Below, in pieces: positions 44,585 to 59,771 of a DNA stretch of 64,000 nt. Both the position numbers and the translations under genes were made by a program. Under the pieces are notes generated by a model. The model did not search any database. It was given only the letters and a program-made list of their open reading frames with translations, and was not told where the DNA came from. The DNA is from the human T2T-CHM13v2.0 reference genome, Homo sapiens: assembly GCF_009914755.1 (NCBI RefSeq), contig NC_060928.1; one strand, 5' to 3'. Numbering within the stretch: the first letter of the stretch is position 1; each line of letters opens with the position of its first letter.

Positions 44585-46089
44585 TTTATCATTACCATGC
44601 TGTTTGGTTACTGTAGCCTTGTAGTATAGTTTGAAGTCAGGTAGCCTGATGCCTCCAGCTGTGTTCTTTTTGCTTCAGATTGTCTTGGCTATACAGGCTC
44701 ATTTTTTTTTTTGTTTCCATATGTAATTTAAAGTAGGGTTTTCTAGTTCTGTGAAGAAAGTCAATGGTAGCTTAATGAGAATAGCATTGAATCTATAAAT
44801 TACTTTTGGCAGTATGGCCATTTTCATGATATGGATTCTTCCTGTCCATGAGCATGGAATGTTTTTCCACTTGTTTGTGTCCTCTCTTATTTCCTTGAGC
44901 AGTGGTTTGCAGTTTTCCTTGAAGAGGTCCTTCATGTCCCTTGTAAGTTGTATTCCTAGGTATTTTATTCTCTTTGTAGCAATTGTGAATGGAAGTTCAC
45001 TCATGATTTGGCTGTCTGCTTGTCTATTATTGGTTTATATGAATGCTTGTGATTTTTGCACATTGATTTTGTATCCTGAGACTTTGCTAAAGTTGCTTAT
45101 CAGCTTAAGGAGACTTAGGGCTGAGACAATGGGTTTTTCTAAATATACAATCATGTCATCTGCAAACAGAGACAATTTAACTTCCTCTCTTCCTATTTGA
45201 ATATGCTTTATTTTTTTCTCTTGCCTCATTGTCCTGGTCCAAACTTCCAATACTATGTTTAATAGGAGTGGTGAGAGAGGGCATCCTTGTCTTGTGCCAG
45301 TTTTCAAAGGGAATGCTTCCAGCTTTTGCTCATTCAGTATGATATTGGCTGTGGGTTTGTCATAAATAGCTCTTATTATTTTGAGATATGTTCCATAAAT
45401 ACCTAGTTTATTGAATGTGTTTAGCATGAAGGGGTGTTGAATTTTATCGAAAGCCTTTTCTGCATCTATTGAGATAATCATGTGGTTTTTGTGATTGGCT
45501 CTGTTTACGTGATGAATTATGTTTATTGATTTGCCATTTGTTGAACCAGCTTTGCATCCCATGGATGAAGCCAACTTGGTCATGATGGATAAGCTTTTTG
45601 ATGTGCTGCTGGATTTGGTTTACCAGTATTTTATTGAGGATTTTTGCATCGATGTTCATCAGGGACATTGGACTGAAATTTCCTTTTTCTGTTGTGTCTT
45701 TGCCAGATTTTGATATCAGGATGATGCTGGCCTCATAAAATGAGTTAGGGAGGAATCCCTCTTTTTCTATTGTTTGGAATAGTTTCAGAAGGAATGGTAC
45801 CAGCTCCTCTTTGTACCTGTGGTAGAATTCGGCTGGGAATCCATCTGGTCCTGGGCTTTTTTTGGTTGGTAGGCTATTTATTACTGCCTCAATTTCAGAA
45901 CTTGCTACTGGTGTATTCAAGGACTCGACTTCTTCCTGGTTAATCTTGAGAAGGTGTATGTGGCCAGGAATTTATCCATTTCTTCTAGATTTTCTAGATT
46001 ATTTGCATAGAGGTGTTCATAGTATTCTCTGATGGTAGTTTGTATTTGTGTGGGATCTGTGGTGATATCCACTTTATCCTTTTTTTATT

Positions 46090-46394
<305 letters not shown>

Positions 46395-49300
46395 ACTTTA
46401 TCATTTTTTATTGTGTCTATTTGATTCTTCTCTCTCTTCTTTTTAGTCTGGCTAGTGGTCCACCTATTTTGTTAATCTTTTCAAAAAAAACCAGCTCCTG
46501 GATTCATTGATTTTTTGAAGGGTTTTTCATGTCTCTATCTCCTTCAGTTCTGTTCTGATCTTAGTTATTTCCTGTCTTCTGCTAGTTTTTGCATTTCTTT
46601 GCTCTTGCTTCTCTAGTTCTTTTAGTTGTGATGTTAGGGTGTCGATTATAGATCTTTCCCACTTTCTGATGTGGGCCGTTAGTGCAATAGATTTCCCTGG
46701 AAACACTGCTTTAGCTGTATCCCAGAGCTTCTGGTACATTGTGTCTTTGTTCTCATTGGTTTCAAATAACTAATTTATTTCTGCCTTAAATTTGTTACTT
46801 ACCCAAGTAGTCATTCAGGTGTAGGTTGTTCAGTTTCCATGTAGTTCTGTGGTTTTGAGTGAGTGTCTTACTCCTGAGTTCTAATTTGATTGCACTGTGG
46901 TCTGAGAGACTGTTAGGATTTCCATTCTTTTGCATTTACTGAGGAGGGTTTTACTTCCAATTATATGGTCAATTTTAGAATAAGTGTGGTGTGGTGCTGA
47001 GAAGAATGTATATTCTGTTGATTTGGGGTGGAGAGTTCTGTAGATGCCTATTAGGTCCTCTTGCTCCAGAGCTGAGTTCAACTCCTGAATATCCTTGTGA
47101 ATTTTCAGTCTCATTGATTTGTCTAATATTGACAGTGGGGAGTTAAAGTCTCTCACTATTATTGTGTGGGAGTCTAAGTCTCTTTGTAGGTCTCTAAGAA
47201 ATTGCTTTATGGATCTGGGTGCTCGTGTATTGGGTGCATATATATTTAGGATAGTTAACTCTTCTTGTTGCATTGATCCCTTTACCATTATGCAATGCCC
47301 TTCTTTGTCTTTTTTGATCTTTGTTGGTTTAAAGTCTGTTTTATTGGAGACTAGGATTGCAACCCCTGCTTTTTTGCTTTCCATTTGCTTGGTAAATGTT
47401 CCTCTATCTCTTTATTTTGAGCCTATGTGTGTCTTTGCATGTGAGATGGGTCTCCTGAATACAGCACACTGATGAGTCTTGACTCTTTCCAATTTGCCAG
47501 TCTGTGTCTTTTAATTGGGGCATTTAGCCCATTTATATTTAAATTTAATATTGTTATGTGTGAATGTGATCCTGTCTCATGATGTTAGCTGGTTTTTTTG
47601 CATATTAATTGATGCAGTTTCTTCATAGTGTTGTTGGTCATTATATTTTGGTATGTTTTTCCAGTGGCTGGTAACGGTTTTTCCTTTCCATATTTAGTGC
47701 TTCCTTCCAGAGCTCTTGTAAGGCAAGCCTGGTGGTGACAAAATCCCTCAGCATTTGCTTGTCTGGAAAGGATTGTGTTTCTCTTTTGCTTATGAAGTTT
47801 AGTTTGGCTGAATACGAAATTCTGGGTTGAAAATTCTTTTCTTTAAGAACGTTGAATATTGGTTCCCACTCTCTTCTGGCTTGCAGGGTTTCTCCAGAGA
47901 GATCTGCTGTGAGTCTGATGGGCTTCCCTTTGTGGGTAACCCGACCTTTCTCTCTGGCTGCCCTTAACATTTTTTCCTTCGTTTCAAGCTTGGTGAATCT
48001 GACAATTATGTGTCTTGGTGTTGTTCTTCTTGAGGAGTATCTTTGTGGTGTTCTCTGTATTTCCTGAATTTGAATGTTGGCCTGTCTTGCTAGTTTGGGG
48101 AAGTTCTCCTGGATAATATCCTGAAGTGTGTTTTCCTTCTTGGTTCCATTCTCCCCGTCACTTTCAGGTACACCAACCAATCGTAGGCTTGATCTTTTCA
48201 CAAAGTCCCATATTTCTTGGAGGCTTGTTTCGTTCCTTTTCAGTCTTTTTTCTCTAATCTTGTCTTCATGCTTTTTTTCATTAAGTTGATCTTCGATCTC
48301 TGATATCCTTTCTTCTGCTGGATCAATTCAGCAATTGATACTTGTGTACGCTTCACGAAGGTCTCATGCTGTGTTTTTCAGCTTCTTCAGGTCATTTATG
48401 CTCTTCTCTTAACTGGTTATTCTAGTTAGCAGTTCCTGTAACCTTTTGTCAAGGTTCTTATCTTCCTTGTCAAGGTTCTTATCTTCCTTGCTTCCTTGCT
48501 TTGGGCTAGAAAATGTCCTTTAGCTTGGAAGAGGTTTTTATTACCCACCTTCTTGAAGCCAACTTCTGTCAATCTGTCAAACTCATTGTCTGTCCAGTTT
48601 TTTGCCCTTGCTGGCGAGGAGTTATGATCCTTTGGAGGAAAAGAGGCATTCTGATTTTTGGAATTTTCAGCATTTTTTGTGCTGGTTCTTCCTCATCTTC
48701 GTGGATTTATCTACCTTTGATCTTCGATGCTTACGACCTTTGGATCGGGTTTTTGCATGGGCGTCCTTTTTGTTGATGTTGATGCTATTGCTTTCTGTTT
48801 GTTAGTTTTCATTCTGTCAGGCCCCTTTTCTGCAGGTCTGCTGGAGTTTGCTGCAGGTCTGCTGGAGTTTGCTGCAGGTCCACTCCACACCCTGTTTGCC
48901 TGGGTATTACCAGTGGAGGCTGCAGAACAGCATGTTGCTGTCTGCTTCTTCCTCTGGAAGCTTCATCCCAGAGGGGCACCCTCCAGAAGCCAGCTGGAGC
49001 TCTCCTGTATGAGGTGTCTGTCAAACCCTGCTGGGAGTTATCTCCCAGTCAGGTGGCACAGGGCACAGGGACCCACTTGAGGAGGCAGTCTGTCCCTTAG
49101 CAGAGCTTGAGCACTGTGCCAGGAGATCCACTGCTCTCTTCAGAGTCAGCGGGCAGGAATGTTCAAGTCTACTGAAGCTGCGCCCACAGCTGCCCCTTCC
49201 CCCAGGAGCTCTGTCCCAGGGAGATGAGAGTTTTATCTATAAGCCTCTGACTGGGGCTGCTGCATTTCTTTCAGAGATGCCCTGCTCAGTGAGGAGGAAT

Positions 49301-51604
49301 CTAGAGAGGCAGTCTGGCCACAGTTGCTTTGCTGCACTGTGGTGGGTTCCAGCCAGTCCGAACTTCTCAGTGGCTGCGTTTACACTGTGAGGGGAAAACT
49401 ACCTACTCCAGCCTCAGTAATGGCAGATGCCCCTCCCACCACCAAGCTGAAGCATGCCAGGTTGACTTCAGACTGCTGTGCTGGCAGCGAGAATTTCATG
49501 CCAGTGGATCTTAGTTTCCTGGGGTCCGTGGGAGTGGGACCCACTGAGCAAGACCACTTGGCTCCCTGGCTTCAGCCCCGTTTCAGGGGAGTGAATGGTT
49601 CTGTTTTGCTGGGGTTCCAGGTGCCACTGGGGTATGAAAAAATACTCCTGCAGGTAGCTTGGTGTCTGCCCAAACAGCTGCCTGGTTTTGTGCTTAAAAT
49701 CTGGGGCCCTGGACCAGATAGCACAGTCCCTCATGGCACAGTCCCTTATGGCTTCCCTTGGCTAAGGGAGGTAGTTCACTGGCCCCTTGCACTTCCTGGG
49801 TGAGGTGACACCCCACCCTGCTCTGCTTGCCCTCCAGGGGCTGTACCCACTTCTAGCCAGTCTGAATTAGATGAACCAGGCACCTCAGTTGGAAATGCAG
49901 AAATCACCCACCTTCTGCATTGGTCTCGCTGGTTGTTGCAGACCAGAGCTGTTCCTATTCGGCCATTTTGCCAGATCCCCCAATCAGTCGATTTTAAGTT
50001 TATCTAAGTGGAGATTATCTGGGTGAGTCTGACCTAATCAGGTGAGCCCTAAGAGAGAGAGTCTTCTCCTGGCTTTGAAAAAGTAAGCTGCCATGTTTTG
50101 AGATAGTCATGTGTCTGTGACCTGAGGACATCCCTAGGAACTGAGATCAACCCTGGCCAACAGTCACCCAGAAAATTGGGAACTACAGTCCTATGACTAC
50201 AAGGGAGTAAATTCACCAACAACTTGAATGAGCTTGGAAAAGGTCCTTGAGCTTCACATGACAGCATAGCATTAGAAACGCCTTGCTTGCAGGCCTGTGA
50301 GACTTTAAGCAGACTCAGTGAAGCTATGTCTAGGTTTCTGACCCACAAAAACTCCCAGAAAATAAAAGGATATTGTTTAAACCACAACTTAGAAAACTAA
50401 GATATTTGGACTGAAGTATTCATACATTTAACAAATAGTTATTGAACACTAACTATGTCTTCTGTCCTGTTAATCCAATCTGCACTTGGATATGGAGACA
50501 AAATTAGGTTTTATTATATTTTGTATAACTGATTGTATTTTCATAAGCCTTCCACCAGCTGGAGTAATTAATAGAGTGAAAAGTTTAAAATTGTCAATTA
50601 AAATCATTTCAGTCCCTTCCTATTTTAAACCTTCTCATTTCATGTAAGTATTCAGCCAATTTGAAGTCCAGCTCCATGAAGAACATTTCAACACTGTGTA
50701 CCTTCCCCACTCCACTTCACAAGTTAGCATGGTAAGGACTTAAGCCTTCCATGTAATCATTGTAATGGAGAAGAGATGGGTCCTTAAATCCATGCAGTGG
50801 CCACTAGTCCCTCACTGGTGTCAGCTGTGAAGTGGTTGGCCTGGGTTACTTTCAGGATGGTGACCGCTAAGTTAGGACTGATCCTATCCCTGATGTTTCT
50901 GTGGGTGCCAGCTGATGATCTGTGCCTGGTGTAGGTCATGGTCCTGATTCTCTTGACTTGGGCTAGGCCTCAAGTAATCCCTGGCTGACACCGCCTCACT
51001 CAGCCCCTCTTCTGAGACTCCTCCACTTGTCTCTGGTTTGGGTGTGCCACCTCAATCCTTTGCCCAAGTATATCCAATGTCAGAACCTCTGGTTCTAGCT
51101 CAGCTTTCATCCACATCCCTCAATTCTGGAGAAACTTTAAATGATGCAATCATTTACACAGCTCTTTGGGATAACACTTAGTATCTATTTGTAAAAATGT
51201 ACATTTTGTCATATTTCCACATTGCTCTTGTCAAAGAGGGTGTCGTATATTTGGAGAATGTTGTGACTTCAGCAATGAAGAGGAGATGGTGTGCTTGGAT
51301 ATATATACTGCTTCATAAATAATAAATACAGTGACAATAAATACAAAATGTTTAATTCATACACACATAAATATACTTTGTAGATGTATTGATATATTAT
51401 CTATCTATCTATCTGCACACACAATGCTCTTTGTTGTTTATAACACACATATGTCTTAGCAAGGGATGCTCCCTGGCTTTGTGCCCATTGAAGGCTGATG
51501 GTCCAGCTCCTGGTCATCTTATAGATGTGTGCTCCTGATGCCTAACACCAGCATATCCTGGTCCATTTCTTACTCAGCTTGGTTGTGGCCTCATCATTTT
51601 TCCT

Positions 51605-51634
51605 GCCACTTTGGGCCACTTTGGGCCACTTTGG
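51605..51634. repeat. 10-bp tandem repeat, 3 copies
   Basis: (GCCACTTTGG)3. Confidence 0.9.
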
Positions 51635-52074
51635 TGCTCACTGGCTTTGTAGACTCCCCTGCTTCCACCTGCTCCTAATTCCCATCCTCAGATTCCTATG
51701 AATCAGATGGAGCATGAATTGGGCTTTCTCCCTTTTCTGGTCAAGATTTACCCAACATTATTATGGCTTCCTCTCTTACAGCAGCAGTGATCTGAATCCT
51801 AAGTGCTTGTTTCTTGGTTTGCTAAAGAATTTAGAACATACTAACTTCCTTCAGCCTATTGCCTTACTGCAAAAAGCCCTCTTTTGAACATGAGAAAAGG
51901 AAAATTAATTTGATTCTCTCTCCATTCCTAAGGTAATAATCTTAATATCTTCTCCTCATTTCCAATAAGCAGGTGAATGCCTCAGGCCAGGTAGAGAGTC
52001 AGGTACTCAAAAATGCAAGATAGGAAAATGTGACTATTTTTAAGGCTGTTACTTAAAAGTACACAGAATATTCG

Positions 52075-52367
52075 ATAGTGAATAAAATGGAACAATCTCT
52101 GCTTCATGGAGTTTGTAGCCTACTGAGGTAGACAGATATTATACAAATAAATATATAATGCTAATTTGTGGTGTTTTGAAGGAAAACAGCTGGTAGGGGA
52201 GAGAATGAATGGGGTTGACAGTGGTGAGAAATAGTTTAGACAGGAACATCAGGAAAGGTCTATCTGAGACACAACAGAGACTCTCAGATGAGTGGATGTT
52301 GGCCAAAGCATAGGGGGAAGACATGTAGGAGAGTTCTAAGGTGGAAGAGGGTAAGAAAAGGCCTATG
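52075..52367 (-). mobile_element. L2 fragment
   Basis: CTCTGCTTCATGGAGTTTGTAGCCTA...CAGGAAAGGTCTATCTGAG, reverse L2. Confidence 0.65.
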
Positions 52368-52369
52368 TG

Positions 52370-52967
52370 CCTTCATATCCCGCACAACGCAGAAGCAAAA
52401 GTCCTATCACCAACAACACCCTGCCAGGGTATAATCCCTCATTGGCTTGCCAACCTAATGCTCTTGTGCTCTTTTATATCTCTGACCTCATCCTCTACTT
52501 CTTTACTCTTCATTCTGTCTGAATTAGCCATACTTGCTCACTTGATGTTGCTCAAGCATGCCAGGCAAGCTTCCAACTCAGGGCCTTTGCACATGCCACT
52601 TTTTTCTGGCTAGAAGGCACTTTTGCCAGGTAGCTGCAAAGATCACTTCTCACATTCTTCAGGTTCTTTCAAAAAATTCAGTCTCTTCATAAGACCTGTC
52701 TTGGCCACCTTCTCTAAAACTCCATTTCCTTCTGGTCTGTCATTTTATGTCACTCTTCCCTGCTTTTAGTTTTCTTCTTAGCACTTATCTTTATCTAATA
52801 TAATACATGTTTCATTCATATATCTTATTTATTGCCTGTCTCCCATGTAATGTAATGTAAGCTGTAAGGACAAGGGATTTTGTCAATGTCATTCACTACT
52901 GTATCTTAGCAATTAGAATAGTGCCTAGCACATAATAAGCATTCAATAAATGTTTGCTGAATGAATA
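52370..52967 (+). mobile_element. L2a-like 3' portion
   Basis: CTCAGGGCCTTTGCAC...AGTGCCTAGCACATAATAAGCATTCAATAAATGTTTGCTGAATGAAT. Confidence 0.88.
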
Positions 52968-53179
52968 ATGATGGACACATCTGTTTGGTTTGTGGTCCAG
53001 TTGATTTGCTTTCTTCCCTGCACTGTGGAGTTTCTTCTCCCTCAGTCCTTTTGTGCCCAATCTTGGGCTTAACCTAGTCCACGTCATTCCAGTCTCTCTG
53101 CGTGAGATTCTCCAGCAATCTGAAACATCTCTTGGGTTTTTACCTGTTGATTCAAATTGTATTCCTTTCTTCACATCTT

Positions 53180-53290
53180 TAACAGTTATTTGTGGAGCAC
53201 TTATTATGTACCAGGCACTATTCTGGGCACTGGGGATATGGTAGCAAGAAAGACAATATCCCTCTCTTTATGGCACTTAGATTTTAAGCC
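53180..53290 (-). mobile_element. L2 3'-end fragment
   Basis: GAGCACTTATTATGTACCAGGCACTATTCTGGGCACTGGGGATATGG. Confidence 0.75.
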
Positions 53291-54494
53291 AAGTTTTTTT
53301 TTTCCCAGAGATTCTATCTTGTGACAAAAACATCTTCTGCCTCCACCTGCCACAATGCAACAGGAACGACAGCAGCCAGCTTCACCAAATGTGGCACAAT
53401 AGAGCAGGATGTGGGAGCAAGAAATGAGAGAGAAGCCTGTCTGATACAAATCTTCCAGAAGGACACAGAGATGCTTAGCAAGCGCCCTGCAGAAGAAATT
53501 ATTTAGCTGGGAGGGGTCAGTGAATTCTCTATTTATGGATAAGCACAAGCTGGCTATCCAATTTCCCACTACTGTTTATCTTCCTAATTACATGATAAGG
53601 AGGATTATTTTATTCTAATTTTGTTCTTAAATAAATTAGAATGGCCACTGAGGAAGAATGACTACATCTGTGTGTGCTATAAAAAGCAATGAAGCATTGT
53701 CATTTTGATTCTCATATGCACATGGTTTTATAAAACTTGACTGCTCACATTTGAACATGCCATTTGAAACACACATATTGTATACGACAAACTATACATT
53801 TCCAATGGCAAATACCCACAGAAAGTTAACTGGAATCATCGATGGAAAAAATCTGACAGGTACCCATTGCTTGCACTAATGTCTTTCTGTAGGGATTTCT
53901 GATGTATTGAAACAATTACTATGAATACAACTGGAGATATAGTATTATACACATTCAAAGTGTTGAAAGATAGCTAAAGTATTCTGGGGAAAATTAATTT
54001 TTACTAACATTGTAGCTAAGGACAAAGGATTATAAACTTTATATTACAGTATCTAGTTACTTAGGCATTACATTTGAAAGAACTATACGGTATTTTCACA
54101 CATAACTGAATCTTAATAGCTAATATCATTTTCATATTTTATGTTAGGCCATATAGAATTCTTGCCTTGTGAATGCCAGATGTTTTCCATAATAATGTCA
54201 ACTTTTAGCATAAATGGAGAATCTCAGACTGTTTTTAGGTTGATTTGAAAAAAATACATGCTAGCATACTGCCTATTACAGTGTTACAACTGCAGGCTCT
54301 TTCAGGGTAGGGATGGGCTGTTATCCATGCTTGTTTTTCCTCACACAATGCTAGAGTACCAGGCCCATAACCTCATATATAGAAGGTACTCAATATGAGT
54401 AGAACTAATGAAAGAACTGGCATATAAATAGGCTGGCTTAGAGAAACAGAGGTGTGAGGAGTTAATCTTCACACTATTCACTTAAAAGGTAAAT

Positions 54495-54708
54495 TGCATA
54501 AACATGGAGCCAGACTGCCCGAGTTCAAATCCTAACTCTGCTACTTACTTCATCTTGTGCTTCAGTTGCCTGCTCGGAAAAATGGGATAATAGTGGTATC
54601 TACCTCATAGGCTGGTCATGAGGATTAAATGAGTTAATTAAAACATGTAAAAGTTTACAGCACTGCCTGGCACATGGTAAGGATACAATAATAGTAGCTA
54701 CTATTATG
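54495..54708 (+). mobile_element. MIR SINE
   Basis: TGGAGCCAGACTGCC...TTCAAATCCTAACTCTGC...AAAATGGGATAATAG...TACCTCATAGG...GAGGATTAAATGAG. Confidence 0.88.
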
Positions 54709-57296
54709 TAAGATAAGTACAGATCTTCAAAAAGGAAACATGAAATATAAGGCTATTAAGGCCTTTCTACACTTTCCCCTACACATCCCCTTTCCAGATA
54801 CATGAATACACACACACACACACACACCTGTGCACAAGCATAAACCCCTCATAAAACTAAAAAGAGAAGTTCCTCACAGGCTACGAGGAAAAATACTCGA
54901 TTACCCACTGGGGATCCTGATGTAGTGTCTGCCCCTTTAAATGAACTTGGCCTGCCCTCCTAAACCTGAGCTAGGATTATGTAAAAAGCCCCTGGAAGGC
55001 CTCCAGACTCCATTTCTGGAATTATTCTAGGTCACTTTCCATCTGCTAGTAATGCTAATCCTTGATCTTGGTGTGACTAGAAAAGCTTTTCAGATATTAA
55101 TTTATGTGGTTTTCTCCCTGTATCTTTTCTTTTTCAATGCCCCTGACTACCTTCCTCTCCCTCTTCCTCCTTTCCCCACCTCCATTCAAGTTGAACCTTG
55201 ATCTCAGCTCTCTGGCTTCAGTGACTGGTGGAGGTGGGTAGAAGGTTGGGGGATGTTGTTATGGTAGAAAGCATCAGTAATCTGCAAAATGACCTACTTT
55301 CTTTGCTAAAAATCTAAGCCCACAAGATAATTAATTATAGGGGTGGTAAAATTGGTAGAAAGGTTAAGTCAATTTATGGGAGTAGGATAGTTTAGAAAAA
55401 CACAAGGGGAGAAAGATTTTATGCAATGTTTAAAAAGGTTCTATTTTTATGTGACAAGGTTTGCAATCTGAGGGTTTTATCAGTAAAAGAGACTTGATTA
55501 TTGTTCATTGATAAAGTCGAAACATGCATCACGATTCTAGAGAGGATTGGCTGTGAAGTAGTCTGGGAAACTAGAGTTATAGGCGCCTCATTAAAGATTT
55601 CCATGTGCAAAGCTCAGGTTGGAAGTGATAAAGAACAGCAGAAAGGGGGCATGTGGACAAAGATTATGGGCTTCTCCAAGTAATCTATGTGGACAGTAAA
55701 CCAAAATCCAAAGTGCTCCTTCACTGTACTTTGGCAATGCTTAAAGTTTTGGAAGTGTAGCAAAATGCCTATGGTGAAGAAACCCCAAGAAACAACAGGT
55801 AAAGCTTTCCTCTTGTCTGGTTGGATGGGGCTCAAAATAGAAATGAATTTGATGTACACAAAATAAAGAGGTATGATGGTTCTGGCAGGTGTTTTTACCA
55901 TGCTGCAGTTCTTACTCTTTCTTCTGTTAAAAAAACCCTGATCCCCTTAAGGGGATTTCTGTCTCCTCCATTTGAGGAGACTTGATGAAACTGTTGGTCC
56001 AGTTTTCCTGTCTTTCTATAGCAAAGGGAGGAGGGCAAATGACCCACACTACATCAGTTAGGTTCCCCCTTTTAGGACTTTGATTCTTGAGAGGGATGAT
56101 GCAAATACCAAGCAGCTGTTGGATTTGATTGCCCCAGTGTCAGCAGTAATTTGTTCCTGCCACCTAGATATTCAGAGCTGCCTTGGGTTCTGCCCTTTGC
56201 AAGTCCAGCTCTTTGGGTTTGCCTTTGATTTTGAGAATTGCTCCATTATGCTTCCACTACATTGTTTCTCAAGTCAGGAAGGCTTTTGGTATAAATACAA
56301 AGTTAGAAAGAGTTGGTATTTCTTGTTACAATGCATAAAACTATCAGTTCTAGTAACTATTTTACCATCCCACTGTGCATAGCTTTGGATTGAGGAACTA
56401 GTGGTGAATTGCAGTTGTAGTTGGCCTTGACTTCTTGCTAAGATATGCATTTTAGTATCCCCTTTAGCTTTAAAGATTGACCCTTTTAATAAGAGATGAC
56501 TCACCCTTCCCCTGCCTCAGCACAAGTGACTGATTCCTTTAATTTCCCATCTCCCAGAATCTGCCTTAGAGACAAGTTCCAGAAAGGTGGCCAGCTGATC
56601 CAAAATCTCCTGATCAATTAAACGGTGGTCCATCTATCTCAGTAAGTGCCAAGGTGAAGTTTTGCTCATATCCAGTTAAGAAAACATGAACATAAATTAA
56701 TCTTTTGATCAGTGTTTGATGTCAAGATCTGGATTAATTTTGTCCCAAAAAAAAGTGTTTTAACAATTTTTTTTTTACTCCTTTGCGCTATTTCCTTTTA
56801 TCTGAGTTGTAGCTTTTGTTTGCTGTACAAATGCCAGGCTGAAATTTTTATTTTATTACAAATAATTAATCTCAAAATTTTAGTGAATTCAGAATTACAA
56901 TTCAATTTCGAATGTCTTCATTTGGTATTTGTAAAAAATGTAACTTGAATATATGTTAGTGTTGTTTTGAGTTATGCAATAACAAATTTAGTTTTACATG
57001 TTAGGTACATAATTACTTAATTTTGAGTGTATCTATTTCCTCCATTTTTTGTAGTAGATTATCTTAGTATTTCAACATATAGTATGAGAGAAGATAAATG
57101 GCACTTAATGTATTTATTTTAAAATTCTTAATAGTTTTTATTTGTAACTTATTGTATTTTAAGATAAACCATTTTCAGAATAACAAAGAAAATTAAGCTA
57201 AAACACATTTTGTATTTTCTCTCCAAATTTACTTTCATCACCTTTTACAATTTGTATTTTCTAAAGTCAAGTAATCAAATACTTAGAAATGACCTT

Positions 57297-57649
<353 letters not shown>

Positions 57650-57732
57650 TTAAATATTTATTTTATCAATTAACAAGGCAATTTGATTGCTTTTATTCAC
57701 TACGAACTATCTTGCAAAGTATTAGACCACTC

Positions 57733-58057
<325 letters not shown>

Positions 58058-58144
58058 TAGATCCTGAGAGATTAATTCATAGATTTTTCAGTTATGTCTG
58101 TTTCCAGAAATGCTTTCAGTTTGTCTAAAGTGTTTACATGAAGT

Positions 58145-58400
58145 CAGATTCATTCACTGTATAAAGTTTTGTTGCACATCTATTATGCATTGGACATTGG
58201 GCTGACCTAAAAGGTGAACATATGATTCCTGCCTTCAAGGAGCTTGAGAAAGTTGAATAATGAACAGATGATGACAAGAGCGAAAAATGATAAGTGCAAT
58301 TAATGGTACGTCCAGAGGACCAGGACTAAACAGAAGTATACTTCAGGAAGGTTTTGGGGTTAGAAAAAGATTCACAGAAGATGAGCTCACTGATTTTTAA
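58145..58400 (-). mobile_element. L2 fragment
   Basis: ATTCATTCA...CCTGCCTTCAAGGAGCTT, reverse L2 3' end. Confidence 0.6.
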
Positions 58401-58539
58401 AAAGTTTAAAAATTCAGTAAAAGTTTTATTGCTCAGTTTGGGGCTAAGAGCATCTCAAGCATACTTGTCTCTGCCTTCAAAATAAATCTTATCAGATAAG
58501 GCTAAAGTAGAACAATTAAGTAGCTAAACAAAAGTAGGC

Positions 58540-59530
58540 TTTTACAACACCAAAAGCATAATTCATCAAATAAAAAAGATAAATTAGACTTATCAAAGTT
58601 AAAACCTTTTTCTCTGTTAAGAGAATGAAAAGACAATTTACAGACTGGAAGAAAATATTTGCAAATCATATTATCTGGCAAATATTCTCATATTCAGAAG
58701 ACACAAAGAAATTTTGAAACTTAACAATAAGAAAACAAACAACCCAATAAAAAATGAGCAACAGATTTGAACAGACACTTTACCAAAGAAGTATGAATAG
58801 CAAACAAACACTTGAAAAGATGCTCAACATAATTAATCATTTAGAGAAATGCACATTAAAACCTGAGACACCACTACACACCTATTAGAATGTCTAAAAA
58901 AACACAAACCAACAATACTGAGTGCTAGTGTGGATATAGCGCAATTAGAACTATCACACATTGCTGGTGGGATTGCAAAATTTTACAGCCAATTTGGAAA
59001 GTAGTTTGTCAGTTTCTTATTAAGACACACTTACCATATGACCCATCAATCTACTTTTTATCCAAGAGAATAAAAACTTATTTTACATAAAAACCTTTAT
59101 ATGAATGTTTATACATTGATTCACAATGTCCAAAGGTGGAGACTATCCAAATGTCCTTCAACTGATGACTGGATAATCTAACTCTGAGACATCCATATAG
59201 TGAAACAGTACTCAGCAGTAGAAACACGCTACTGGTACACTCAATAATGTGGATGACTCTCAAATGCATTTTGCTAAGTAAAGAAGTCAGACCCCCAAAT
59301 CTTCATAATGTATGATCTCATTTATGCAGCATTCTAGGAAAAGCAAAATTATAGGGAGAGAACAGAGGATTGGCAGAGGGCTGACTACAAAGATACAGCA
59401 CAATGGGGATTTTCAGATTGACGGACTGTTCTGTATTACAATTATAATGAGAAATATGACTATGTTTTGTCAAAACCATAGGACTATATACAACAGAAAT
59501 TACATTTTACTGCATATAAATTTTAAAAAT
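58540..59530 (+). mobile_element. Ancient L1 (L1MC/L1MD-like) 3' ORF2 and 3'UTR fragment
   Basis: GAGAATGAAAAGACAA...GAAAATATTTGCAAATCATA, AAAAGATGCTCAACAT, GAGACACCACTACACACCTATTAGAATG. Confidence 0.85.
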
Positions 59531-59771
59531 GAAAACAGTAGAATTTCTACATTCTCGTGTCTTCCCCCAAATTATACATAAGGAAATAAACTCAATTTTT
59601 AGTAGAATGCCCTCAATATTTATAGTGGGTAAATAAAAGTATGGACTTTTTAGTTATACATATATATGTGCATATATACATATTGACAAGTGCTAAATCC
59701 AGGTTGACCAGTTGAAGTACAGAAGATTGAACAGAGAAAATCAATTTTAAATTAATTAAATTACTGATAAG

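Noticed and set aside
49721-49750. 15-bp tandem GCACAGTCCCTYATG in the L1 5'UTR
   Set aside because: A similar doublet is in the sister L1 (about 22420-22450), so it is a family feature.
50793-50820. Possible CTCF site (TGCAGTGGCCACTAG...)
   Set aside because: The G-rich 3' half of the core is absent.
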